DNA from: Geobacter metallireducens GS-15 | GTDB taxonomy: Bacteria; Desulfobacterota; Desulfuromonadia; Geobacterales; Geobacteraceae | DNA length: 32,000 nt | Direction: 5' to 3' | Assembly (NCBI RefSeq): GCF_000012925.1 | Contig: NC_007517.1 | Location: 810,001 to 842,000 of the forward strand | Part shown: positions 24,001-32,000 of the stretch, in pieces | Layout of the letters: each line of letters begins with the position of its first letter | Numbering within the stretch: the first letter of the stretch is position 1 | The notes under the pieces: generated by a model | Databases searched by the model: none | What the model saw: the letters and a program-made list of their open reading frames with translations, nothing else | Told to the model about the DNA's origin: nothing | Program-made: the position numbers and the translations under genes

Positions 24001-25107
24001 TTACACCTTCACCAACTCATACTCCCTTGTCCCCAAGCCGATCTTCTCGGCATGCACCAGTTGCACTTCCCAGTCGATGTCCGGGTGCACGCCCCGGAAC
24101 TTGTCCCCCCCCGGTTCATGGCCGCTTTCCAGGGCCGTGTTCTGGTTACCCTGGGCGTCGTTGACGAGGTCGGCGCAGGCCTGGTCCAGGGCCACCGGGT
24201 CGGTGGAGGCGCAGATACCGATGTCGTTCACGATGGGGGCGTCGGCGTGGCCGTAGCAGTCGCAGGCGGGGGAGACCTGGGTGATGAAGTTGATGAAGAG
24301 GGTCTTCGTCTCTTTTCCCACGACCGCCCCCTTGGCGAATTCGGCCATCTTCTTCATGACGAGATCGGCGGCCTCGTTCCACTGGATCTGGACCGCCTTG
24401 GTGGGGCAGACGGTGATGCAGCGGCTGCAGCCGGCGCAGTGGGCGGGATCGAGCTTTGCCTTCCCCTCGATGATGGCGATGGCGTCATGGGCACAGGCCT
24501 TGAGGCAGAGGCCGCAGCCGGTGCAGTACGTCTCGGCGATCTTCGGGGCCACGGTGGAGTGCTGGGTCATCTTCCCCTCGCGGGTGGAGCATCCCATGCC
24601 GAGGTTTTTGAGGGCGCCGCCGAAACCGGTCAGCTCGTGGCACTTGAAGTGGGAGACCGCCACCATGGCGTCGGCCTCGGCGATGGCGGAGGCGATGGGA
24701 ACCTTCTTGAGGATTTCGCCGTTCACCTCCACGACGGTCGCCGAGTTTCCCCGGAGACCGTCACACATGATGAGGGGGGCGCCGGCCACCGCGTAGGCGA
24801 AGCCGTTCTCGACGGCGCAGGTGAGGGCCGAGACGGCCTCCTTCCGCTCGCCGGGATAGAGGGTGGACGAATCAGTGAGAAATGGTTTGCCGCCGCATCC
24901 CTTGATTTCCTCCACCATCCGCCTGATGAAGATCGGGCGAATGAAGGTGTGGTTCCCCCGCTCGCCAAAGTGGACCTTGACTGCCACAAGATCCCCGGTG
25001 GAAACCCGCTCCCTGACCCCGGCCAGGATCATGAGCTTGCCGATCTTGTCGAAGAGGTTTTCCTTGTGGCCGGCCCGCATGTCGGCGAAATAGACTGTGT
25101 TCGGCAT
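24001..25107 (-). CDS. DUF362-domain protein with embedded 2x[4Fe-4S] ferredoxin motif
   Basis: Start at ATG 25107 (GGAGG SD 8 nt upstream; the ATG at 25113 is only 2 nt from the SD). MPNTVYFADMR...VAVKVHFGE is the DUF362 N-terminus. CTGCGLCLKAC and CAGCSRCITVCP are cluster motifs. Confidence 0.8.
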   Translation of the reverse strand: MPNTVYFADMRAGHKENLFDKIGKLMILAGVRERVSTGDLVAVKVHFGERGNHTFIRPIFIRRMVEEIKGCGGKPFLTDSSTLYPGERKEAVSALTCAVENGFAYAVAGAPLIMCDGLRGNSATVVEVNGEILKKVPIASAIAEADAMVAVSHFKCHELTGFGGALKNLGMGCSTREGKMTQHSTVAPKIAETYCTGCGLCLKACAHDAIAIIEGKAKLDPAHCAGCSRCITVCPTKAVQIQWNEAADLVMKKMAEFAKGAVVGKETKTLFINFITQVSPACDCYGHADAPIVNDIGICASTDPVALDQACADLVNDAQGNQNTALESGHEPGGDKFRGVHPDIDWEVQLVHAEKIGLGTREYELVKV

Positions 25108-25270
25108 TGTCATGTCCTCCCTGGTGTGTCTGTCGTCGTCTCCCTGAAACGCTAACACAAGGGGCTCTGGTTTTCAATATTTGGGAGATTCTGGCCCTGT
25201 CCCCTTGCAGATGCATGAAAATTTGTTATTTTACTCATTAACAGTTCACGTGCGCAGTCCGGGGGATTCC

Positions 25271-26008
25271 ATGAGTGATACGCAACGGCAGCCCGAAATC
25301 TGGCTGATGGGGTTGGGATGTGATGAGGAGCGTTCGGCGAAGGTGCGCGATTATCTGACCTATGCAGGATACCGGGTGACCTGCCACGGGATGGATGATT
25401 TTGCCGACGGCAGGCCCCTCGGGGTGGTTCTCGACCTCTCGCCCTTTTCCAGGGACGGGTGGGGGATTCTGCTCGACATCAAGAATAACGCGGCCACCCG
25501 TGACGTGCCGATACTGCCGGTCTATCTCAGCCAGGAGGGGAAGGTGGGAGGGATTTTCCCCGCTGTCGGATTTTTCACCCTTCCTGTCGATCCCGACTAC
25601 CTCTTGACGAAATTGGCGGTGTTGGGGCTCACGGAGGATGCCGAGACCTGGGACCTGCAGGTGATGGTGGTGTCGAAGCGGGGTGAGGAGCATCTGGCCA
25701 AGGCGCTAACGTCCCTCGGCTTCGATGTGGTTAACGCATACACCGGCAAAGAGGCGGTTGCCCTTGCCACCATCGGCCGCCCCTTCATGGTCTTCTGCTG
25801 CGTAATGCTTCCCGACATGTCGGCGTTCGAGCTCATGGAGCGTTTCCGCCTCTTTCCCCAGGTGCGCAACGTTCCCTTCTTCGTGCTGGTCAAGGATGCC
25901 ATGAAGGAGGGGGAGAGGGCGGCGCTGAGCCGTCAGGTCGAGCATCTGGTAAGGAAGAAAGAGCTGACGCGGGAGGAGTTTGCGACCCACCTTCGGCGCC
26001 GGCGCTGA
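25271..26008 (+). CDS. Double receiver-like (REC/pseudo-REC) protein without output domain
   Basis: 245 aa from ATG 25271. Two CheY-like repeats; the first keeps an Asp (VVLDLSPFSRDGW). The second has VMVVSK in place of the DD pair and FCCVMLPDMSAFE in place of the phospho-acceptor Asp context. Confidence 0.55.
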   Translation: MSDTQRQPEIWLMGLGCDEERSAKVRDYLTYAGYRVTCHGMDDFADGRPLGVVLDLSPFSRDGWGILLDIKNNAATRDVPILPVYLSQEGKVGGIFPAVGFFTLPVDPDYLLTKLAVLGLTEDAETWDLQVMVVSKRGEEHLAKALTSLGFDVVNAYTGKEAVALATIGRPFMVFCCVMLPDMSAFELMERFRLFPQVRNVPFFVLVKDAMKEGERAALSRQVEHLVRKKELTREEFATHLRRRR

Positions 26009-26187
26009 ATCCTTTTTTCCCCTCAAGTTTTTTTCGCGACGGCCGAAGAGATAACCAGAGCAGGCATTCGATGTTCGAAAGGAGGCGCAGGTCGAAACAG
26101 CGGTCCGAAAACCAGTGCTGTAGCACCTGAGGTAGGTTTCGGCCTACCGTAAACATCCGGCTAGTGCCGGGTCGACACCGTCTCGAG

Positions 26188-26221
26188 AAAAGGCTGCTGG
26201 GTTACTCCCCTGCAGCCTTTT
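26188..26221 (-). terminator. Intrinsic terminator of the sigma-54 activator gene (hairpin usable on both strands)
   Basis: AAAAGGCTGC (26188..26197) pairs with GCAGCCTTTT (26212..26221), with extra inner GGG/CCC pairs. It lies 11 nt after the stop at 26233. On the minus strand the stem ends in UUUU, followed by CUCGAG. Confidence 0.7.
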
Positions 26222-26232
26222 CGTCTTTTTGC

Positions 26233-29043
26233 CTACAGCTTCACGGTCTTGTATAAAAAGTTCTTGAATTTAAAGAATTTTTTCCGCTCATCGTCGTTTT
26301 CCTCGTCGTCGCCGTTCACCGCTTTCAGATAACGGGCCACCTGGGGCATGGCCTTGCCCGCCGCATCCTTTGCCCGCTCGATAACGAGCCGCACCACATC
26401 CCGGGAGATGGCGTTGGCGGAGTAGGGCTCGTAGACCGCTTCCCAGAAGGTCGCGCCGTTGGCGATCTGCTGCATGATGTCAACTGACAGCCGTTCGTTG
26501 AGCTCCTGGGCGGCGTTGGCAGGGGGGAGTTCCCGCATGCCGGCGGCTAGGGCACGGCGGATGTCGTCGGCGGTAAGGACTTTCCCTTTCCGGAAGAAGA
26601 GCGCCCGCAGCAGGATGCTCCGTAGCTCCCGGATGTTGCCGTGGTAGTGGTGGTTCATCAGGAGCTGCTTGGCGTCGCGGGTGAGGGTGGGGGTGTCCTC
26701 CTTGGGCTCGTCGCCGCGATAGGTGCGGTAGAGCTTGCCGAGGAAGTGGGTGGCCAGGTCGGGGATATCCTCACGCCGGTCATTCAGGGACGGCACCCGC
26801 ATCGACAGCTCCGAGAGGCGGTGGTAGAGGTCTTCCCGGAAGTTTCCCCGCCGGATCTCCTCGGTCAGGTCCTTGTTGGTGGCGGCCACCAGCAGCACCC
26901 GGCTGAACCGGTCCTGGTTGTCCCCCAGGCGCACGAAGCCGCCGTTGTCGAGAAAGCGCAGGAGCTGCACCTGGGTCTTGGGGTCGGCGTCGCCGATCTC
27001 ATCCAGGAAGACGATTCCCCCCGCCGCTTCTTCCAGAATCCCCTTCCGGTCGCTGTAGGCGCCGGTGAAGGCCCCCTTCTTGTGGCCGAAGAGCTCCGAG
27101 TAGGTGAGGTCCCCGCTGTAGGCGGCGATGTTGGTCTTTTTCACCGGGAGCTGGCCGCTGGGGTTCAGTTTCTCCCGGTACATCTCGTTCAGCTTGTTGT
27201 AGAGGTTGTTGAAAAAGAATTCCTTGCCGGCGCCGGTCTGCCCCAGGACCAGGATGGAGGGGAGGCCGATGGTGGCTTCCTGGAGCACGTTCTTGGACCA
27301 GAGGGTGATCCGGTTGAAGAGGGGAACCGACACGGTCTCGATGAAGTCGACGATCTCCTGGGCCTTGCGGCTGTTGCCGATGATGTTGCCGAGGCGGTAG
27401 GAGGAGATCTGGGGGTCTTTGTAGGCCACGTCGCTTTTAAGTCGCGTCACCTCGTTCTGGAGCCGCTCGATCCGCGTCAGGTCCGAGATGTGCCGGGCCG
27501 TGAGCCGGTCGATGATCTGGAGGATCCGCTTGTGCTCCTCGGTGAACCAGGCCGGCTTCAGGGAGTTGAGGCAGACCACGGCGATCACCTCGTCGTCGCA
27601 GACGATGGGGACGGCGATCTCGCTCTGGATCTGCTCGTGCATGGAGCGGTGGAACCCCTCGCCCTGCTGTTCGTCGGCCACGTGGGCGATGATCCTGGGC
27701 TGCTTCGACCAGGCCACGTACCCCGTGAGGCTCCGTTCCTCCGGGGGGAGCTCCCCCCCGCCGATCCGGAAGGGGGGGATGTGCTTCTTCATCCACGCCT
27801 TGTTCTTGGCGCCGACGATGGTCCCTTCCTCGTCCTCCACCAGGAGCCACTTACCCCCTTCCCGCTCCTCCACGATGGCGATGCTCCCGGTGTCGGCGCC
27901 GATGAGCTCTGTCGCCTTGGAGAGGACCTTGGTGAGGAAGGGCTGCAGCTCTTCGGTCCGTTCCTGGAGGAGTTCGGTGATTTCGGCCAGGACCCGGATC
28001 TCCAGGTGCTCGCCGCCGATCTCGTTCACGGCCCGCTCGGCCATCTCGGCGTGGGTTTGGAGAAGCCCCATCTCGAAGTCGGAGAAACGGTAGAGCTCAA
28101 CGGTGAAGTAGTTCACGAGGCAGATGACCTTGCGGCTGGACGGCTCGTAGCGGGGGACCACGTAGAGGGAACGGAGCGCCATCTCTTCGGTGAGGGCCTT
28201 CTTCTGGAGGGAGTGCTGGGTGAGGTCGGGGATGAAGAGGGGGCGCAGGAGCCGTTCGTCAGTAATGACGGCGTTGTCGTCGATGAAGCGGGAGATGAGG
28301 GAGGTGCCCCGCTGCAGCGCGATCTCTCCCTGTTCGTCGTAACGGGACTTGAACCGGGGGTCTTCCGAATGGCTGGCAAGGATGGCGAGTCGCGCCGTGC
28401 CGTCGTCGCCCATGACCGGCACGAGCACCGAGGCGAGCACCAGCTTGTCGATGAGGCGCACCGCCGACTGGACCATGAAGGAGGCGGCCTCCCGTTTTTT
28501 GTACTCGTCAACCCGCCGGGCCAGCAGGAGCTGCTGGTGGTAGATGCGGGCGGAGTCGATCCGGTCGGCCACGGAGGTGATGAACTCGCCCAGGAGGGCC
28601 TTATCCTTCCCCCTGAGGAGATCCGCCGGCTGGAAGCGGTCGATGCAGGCCACGCCGATGGACTTCCCCTGGCTCACCACCGGCAGGAGCGAGGAGATGC
28701 CGACGGCGAACCGCTCGGCAAAGCCGTTGTCGAAGGTGCTCGGGCCGGCCGGGTCATGCCGGAACTCAGCCGGGTACTGGCTGACGAACACGCTGGAGAC
28801 CGTGGCCTCCCGGGAAATGATGGGGAAGCTTACCGCACGGATCTCGTCTGCCAGAGGGCCCGAGGCGTAGACGCAGGAGAGGACTCCGCGGGTCAGGTCC
28901 TCCAGGTAGATGCGGATACGGTCCTGGCCCGAGACGAGGCGGATTCCCTCGGCAACGGCATGGAGCATCTCCTCCAGGTTTTCCTTGCCATAGTCGGCGA
29001 TGCGGTCGCGGAGTGCATTGAGCTGGGTGCTGAGATTGGTCAT
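26233..29043 (-). CDS. Sigma-54-dependent transcriptional activator (bEBP) with three N-terminal GAF-like domains
   Basis: 936 aa. Walker A LGQTGAGKEFF, the sigma-54 contact loop GAFTGA (GHKKGAFTGAYSDRKG), Walker B GGIVFLDEIGD, ELFGH. A long N-terminal region with repeated GAF-like units. The C-terminal ~100 aa is not a textbook Fis-type HTH by eye. Confidence 0.85.
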   Translation of the reverse strand: MTNLSTQLNALRDRIADYGKENLEEMLHAVAEGIRLVSGQDRIRIYLEDLTRGVLSCVYASGPLADEIRAVSFPIISREATVSSVFVSQYPAEFRHDPAGPSTFDNGFAERFAVGISSLLPVVSQGKSIGVACIDRFQPADLLRGKDKALLGEFITSVADRIDSARIYHQQLLLARRVDEYKKREAASFMVQSAVRLIDKLVLASVLVPVMGDDGTARLAILASHSEDPRFKSRYDEQGEIALQRGTSLISRFIDDNAVITDERLLRPLFIPDLTQHSLQKKALTEEMALRSLYVVPRYEPSSRKVICLVNYFTVELYRFSDFEMGLLQTHAEMAERAVNEIGGEHLEIRVLAEITELLQERTEELQPFLTKVLSKATELIGADTGSIAIVEEREGGKWLLVEDEEGTIVGAKNKAWMKKHIPPFRIGGGELPPEERSLTGYVAWSKQPRIIAHVADEQQGEGFHRSMHEQIQSEIAVPIVCDDEVIAVVCLNSLKPAWFTEEHKRILQIIDRLTARHISDLTRIERLQNEVTRLKSDVAYKDPQISSYRLGNIIGNSRKAQEIVDFIETVSVPLFNRITLWSKNVLQEATIGLPSILVLGQTGAGKEFFFNNLYNKLNEMYREKLNPSGQLPVKKTNIAAYSGDLTYSELFGHKKGAFTGAYSDRKGILEEAAGGIVFLDEIGDADPKTQVQLLRFLDNGGFVRLGDNQDRFSRVLLVAATNKDLTEEIRRGNFREDLYHRLSELSMRVPSLNDRREDIPDLATHFLGKLYRTYRGDEPKEDTPTLTRDAKQLLMNHHYHGNIRELRSILLRALFFRKGKVLTADDIRRALAAGMRELPPANAAQELNERLSVDIMQQIANGATFWEAVYEPYSANAISRDVVRLVIERAKDAAGKAMPQVARYLKAVNGDDEENDDERKKFFKFKNFLYKTVKL

Positions 29044-29241
29044 GGATGCCTCTGAGTGTAGGAAATGTACTCAGAAGCAGTGTAGGAGAAGGGGGGGAGG
29101 GAAGTCAAGGAAATCGGGGACCGGTGATCTGGGACCGGGGACCGGGAAGCGCATGTTCACATGGGTGCGGCTGGTGTGGCAGCATGGCTAACGCGGCTTT
29201 GGGAAGTGGGTTTTACTGGTCCCCGGTCCTTGGTCCCGGCC

Positions 29242-31086
29242 TTAACTGAGCCCTTTGCGTATCTGGTAGAGTTGTTCGAGGTCGAGCCGGTTCAGCTCGA
29301 AGTATTCCCGCTCCAGTTCCTCCACGTAGAAGCGGTCCAGGCCCGAGTTCTCCAGGAAATCCTCCCGCAGGGCGCTGTCCTTCTCGCCGATGATCTGGGG
29401 GAGGAGGTTATGGAGGTAGACCGCCTCCTTCTTGATGGTAACGATGGTCTCGTCAAAAAGCCGTGAGGGGATGGAGCCGGTTATGATTTTCCGTTTCCGC
29501 AGATCCTCGGTCACCTCGCGTTTCATGGTCGCCTGGTCGTCCCGGGTGGCGTAGTTGGAGTAGAAGTTCCTGATCCGGTCCCGCACATGGTTCAGGAGGG
29601 CGATGGCGAGCCGCTCCTCGCGGTCGATGGCCAGCAATTCGTCCAGCAGCGTCGCCACGGTGAGTCGGTTCTCCTCGATAAGCCGCAGCCCCGCCACGAG
29701 CGCCGTAACCTTCCTCCGTCCGTAGCGGCCCAGATACTTGTTCTCCAGGATCCCGTCAATGAAGATCTCGGTGAAGAGCCCCGGCCGCAACTCCTCGAAG
29801 GCGCTCCGGTTTCCCAGGAGGCTCCGGATCATCTCCTCGGAGATGCGCACGGTTTCCATGAACGCGAGTTGGTTCACCGCCTGGGACGTGGCGTCGAACC
29901 GGTCGAAATAGGTGATGATGTGGGAGAATCCCTCCAGGAGCGCCATGTCCGCCCCGTCGCGGATCCTCTCGTCGCACCCCTTGCTGGCGTCCAGAAGAAT
30001 CTCCTCGAAGGTGTGGTCCCTGACCTCGGAGGCGCGCTTTTTGGCGAAAAGAAGCCTCACCATGTCCTCCCGGTCGATGGCGCTCTCGATCTCCCGTTCC
30101 CGCAGGAAGAGCCCTTCGAGGATCTGGCGGGTCTCGGCGATGGATTCGTGCTCCTCGGTCCCCCCGATCTTCTTGTCTTTTTTCAGCATGTCGTCGAGGG
30201 CGTAGAAGAGGGCACCAGGAATCTTGTTTCGCACCGACAGGGTCTTAAGGCGGGTGAGCCGGGCGTTTTCCAGGGCGCTGATCTCCCCCTTGAGGTGGCA
30301 GCCAATGAGGATGTTCTTGTATTCGTCAACGATCCGCCGATTGGCCGGATGTTTGTACATGACATCGATCCGGATCCGCTCCTGCTGGTAGCGGTCGATG
30401 TTGTGACGCTCGGCAATGTCCGAAAGCCCGGCGAAATCCTCGTCGGAGATTTTCTTGCTGGCAAAGTAGAGGCTGCGGAAGGTGTCGTAATATTCCCGGT
30501 GATGGATGTTCACCAGCTTGAAGAGAAAGAAGAGGGCGCCGGGGTCGTTCAGGAGCCCGAGCACCTCGTCGATGAGGGTGTTCTCGTCATGGGCGCCCAC
30601 GGTCGGAGAGCGCTTGAGGGCCTTGCCGACGGCGCGGACGATGGCTGTCTGCTGTTGGCGGAGGCTCGCGCCGAGGCGTTCCGAGGCGAGGAAAAAGAAG
30701 TAGTTCGCCACCGCGTTGCCGTCGAAGAAAATTTTGTCGAAGCCCAACTCCCCACTGGTCTGTTCGCTGAAGTGGAGCGTCCCTCCCTCGTCGCCGGAGC
30801 GGGCGCCGTAGACCACGAGCCGGTTGATGACATCCCCCTTGGCCAGGTCAGCCATGGGCTGGTCCACGCCGAACATGTACTCGCAGAATGAGCCGCCATT
30901 GCCTGCGTGTCGTATGCCGCCGCGGCCGATGACGAACTCGTTGCCGGGGGAGAAGAAGCGAAGCTGCGCCCCGTTGCTCTCGGCGGCGTTGAAGAAGTAG
31001 CGCCGGTGGGCATCCTCGCCAGCCACGATGGCGTAATACTCGATTCGATCGTCGATATGTCCGTGGAGGCGGATGTCTTTGTTCAT
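29242..31086 (-). CDS. Conserved hypothetical protein, 614 aa, no recognisable catalytic motif (possibly the family NCBI labels TIGR04442; from memory, unverified)
   Basis: A long, clean ORF with coding-like composition and no TM helices. N-terminal ~150 aa is beta-rich (GNEFVIGRGGIRHAGNGGSF...); the remainder is helical. Only 34 nt downstream of the MBL-fold gene. Confidence 0.6.
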   Translation of the reverse strand: MNKDIRLHGHIDDRIEYYAIVAGEDAHRRYFFNAAESNGAQLRFFSPGNEFVIGRGGIRHAGNGGSFCEYMFGVDQPMADLAKGDVINRLVVYGARSGDEGGTLHFSEQTSGELGFDKIFFDGNAVANYFFFLASERLGASLRQQQTAIVRAVGKALKRSPTVGAHDENTLIDEVLGLLNDPGALFFLFKLVNIHHREYYDTFRSLYFASKKISDEDFAGLSDIAERHNIDRYQQERIRIDVMYKHPANRRIVDEYKNILIGCHLKGEISALENARLTRLKTLSVRNKIPGALFYALDDMLKKDKKIGGTEEHESIAETRQILEGLFLREREIESAIDREDMVRLLFAKKRASEVRDHTFEEILLDASKGCDERIRDGADMALLEGFSHIITYFDRFDATSQAVNQLAFMETVRISEEMIRSLLGNRSAFEELRPGLFTEIFIDGILENKYLGRYGRRKVTALVAGLRLIEENRLTVATLLDELLAIDREERLAIALLNHVRDRIRNFYSNYATRDDQATMKREVTEDLRKRKIITGSIPSRLFDETIVTIKKEAVYLHNLLPQIIGEKDSALREDFLENSGLDRFYVEELEREYFELNRLDLEQLYQIRKGLS

Positions 31087-31120
31087 GGGAACCTTATGCC
31101 GCTTGTTTGGTCAGCTCCGT

Positions 31121-31876
31121 CTACAAAGCAATCTCCATGCCGTCGTATGCAAACTCAACACCTTCGGGGAGCCGCGACTCATCCCCATGGGCCACCTCGT
31201 GGGTCAGGTGGGTAAGGATGGCCCGCTTTGGCTTCAGTTGCTCCACGATCCTGAGCGCCCCCTCGATGTTGAAGTGGTTCTCGTGGGGAGTGTAGCGGAG
31301 GGCGTCCATGATGAGGATGTCCAGGCCGGTCAGGAGCGATAGCGACGAGTCGGGGATGCGGCTGCAGTCGGTGAGGTAGGCGGCGCCGTCGATCCGGTAG
31401 CCGGTGGCGGGCATGGCGCCGTGGTAGAGATGGATCGGGACGATGCTCTGCCCGAAAAGGGCGAACGGTTCGTTCACAATGTGGGCTTCCATGAGGGGAG
31501 AGTAGCCGACCACCTCCAGCCCCCGGAAGATGTAGGAGAAGTTCCTTTGCACCGCCTCCATGGTTGTCCGGCTGCCGTGGCAGGGGATCACCCGGCGGTG
31601 GATGAAGTGAAAACCGCGCAGGTCGTCAATGCCGTTTATGTGGTCGGCGTGGGGATGGGTGAGGAGTACCGCGTCGATGTAGGGAATCCGCTGACGCAGG
31701 GCCTGGCGCCGGAGGTCCGGCGAGGTGTCCACGAGGATGTACTTCCCCGCCGTCTCGATCATGATAGAGGACCGGGTTCGCTTGTCCTTCGGGTCGCTTG
31801 ACGAGCAGACGGGACAGTGGCAGCCGACCATGGGGACGCCGGTTGAGGTGCCGCTGCCGAGAATGGTTATTTTCAT
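31121..31876 (-). CDS. MBL-fold metallo-hydrolase, PhnP-like (cyclic phosphodiesterase-type)
   Basis: Start at ATG 31876 (MKITILGSGTSTGVP). Cys cluster GCHCPVCSS, metal motif THPHADH, later His/Asp ligands. 251 aa. The layout is typical of the PhnP/GPMC-type MBL subfamily. Confidence 0.8.
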   Translation of the reverse strand: MKITILGSGTSTGVPMVGCHCPVCSSSDPKDKRTRSSIMIETAGKYILVDTSPDLRRQALRQRIPYIDAVLLTHPHADHINGIDDLRGFHFIHRRVIPCHGSRTTMEAVQRNFSYIFRGLEVVGYSPLMEAHIVNEPFALFGQSIVPIHLYHGAMPATGYRIDGAAYLTDCSRIPDSSLSLLTGLDILIMDALRYTPHENHFNIEGALRIVEQLKPKRAILTHLTHEVAHGDESRLPEGVEFAYDGMEIAL

Positions 31877-32000
31877 GTGGTGAATTCCCTGTAAAATATC
31901 TACGAAAAATACCATGAGCCGGAGCAGCCCTGCAAGGGCTTTGTCCTTGCATCGGAAGGCGCAGTCAGGCTACTATCCTCGCTCCGAGAGGAGCCTCCCG

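Noticed and set aside
24052-25155. 367-aa plus-strand ORF
   Set aside because: It is antisense to the DUF362/ferredoxin gene with clear 4Fe-4S Cys motifs. The composition is biased toward Gly/Asp/His/Val.
25192-25208. Sigma-54-like motif TGGCCC...TTGC upstream of the receiver-like gene
   Set aside because: The GG-to-GC distance is 14 nt instead of the required 12, so the -24/-12 elements are out of register.
26641-29055. 804-aa plus-strand ORF
   Set aside because: It is antisense to the sigma-54 activator (GAFTGA and Walker motifs on the minus strand). This is a shadow ORF.
29116-29241. GGGACC repeat cluster as a CRISPR array or mobile-element terminal repeat
   Set aside because: The units are only 8 nt with no regular spacer architecture, and there are no cas or transposase genes. 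It is kept only as a possible RNA structure or binding-site cluster.
29587-30891. 434-aa plus-strand ORF
   Set aside because: It is antisense to the 614-aa minus-strand ORF. That ORF has more protein-like composition, a start with upstream AAGG, and fits the operon structure.
31931-31951. Sigma-54-like element (minus strand GGACAAAGCCCTTGCA) upstream of the MBL-fold gene
   Set aside because: The GG-to-GC distance is 13 nt, one too many. The sequence is better described as an inverted repeat, TGCAAGG-N7-CCTTGCA, of unknown significance.

Overview
High-GC (by eye about 60 percent or more) bacterial chromosomal segment. The gene content (PilY1, GEMM-I riboswitches, a PEP-CTERM protein, sigma-54 elements, a DUF362 Fe-S protein, a GAF-type enhancer-binding protein) suggests a Geobacter/Geobacteraceae-like genome; this is inference only, since no search was possible. 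Layout in order: (1) the 3' part of a pilY1-like gene. (2) A minus-strand acetate-uptake block: IclR regulator, DUF485/yjcH-like protein, actP-like symporter, DUF294 nucleotidyltransferase. (3) A small lipoprotein. (4) The housekeeping row yebC-ruvC-ruvA-ruvB-hda-like. (5) A compositionally patchy accessory block (about 11.4-17.5 kb) holding a PEP-CTERM protein with a sigma-54-type promoter and two tandem paralogous secreted S8 subtilases that flank a Crp/Fnr-family regulator. Each subtilase gene is preceded by a nearly identical leader that I read as a GEMM-I cyclic-dinucleotide riboswitch, with a CRP-type TGTGA-N6-TCACA palindrome further upstream. The duplication is mosaic: leader and catalytic domain are almost identical, while the C-terminal Ig-like domains have diverged. 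(6) queH and DUF2905. (7) A tightly coupled four-gene cassette: an SPFH/Band-7 protein with a double zinc ribbon plus three paralogous zinc-ribbon proteins, the first apparently frameshifted. (8) A phasin-like coiled-coil protein coupled to a UbiB/ABC1 kinase. (9) A DUF362 ferredoxin-domain protein and a degenerate double-receiver protein. (10) A minus-strand trio: MBL-fold (PhnP-like) hydrolase, a 614-aa unknown protein, and a triple-GAF sigma-54 activator. No rRNA, tRNA, CRISPR array, transposase or integrase was recognised. Most long antisense ORFs in the track are high-GC shadow ORFs.
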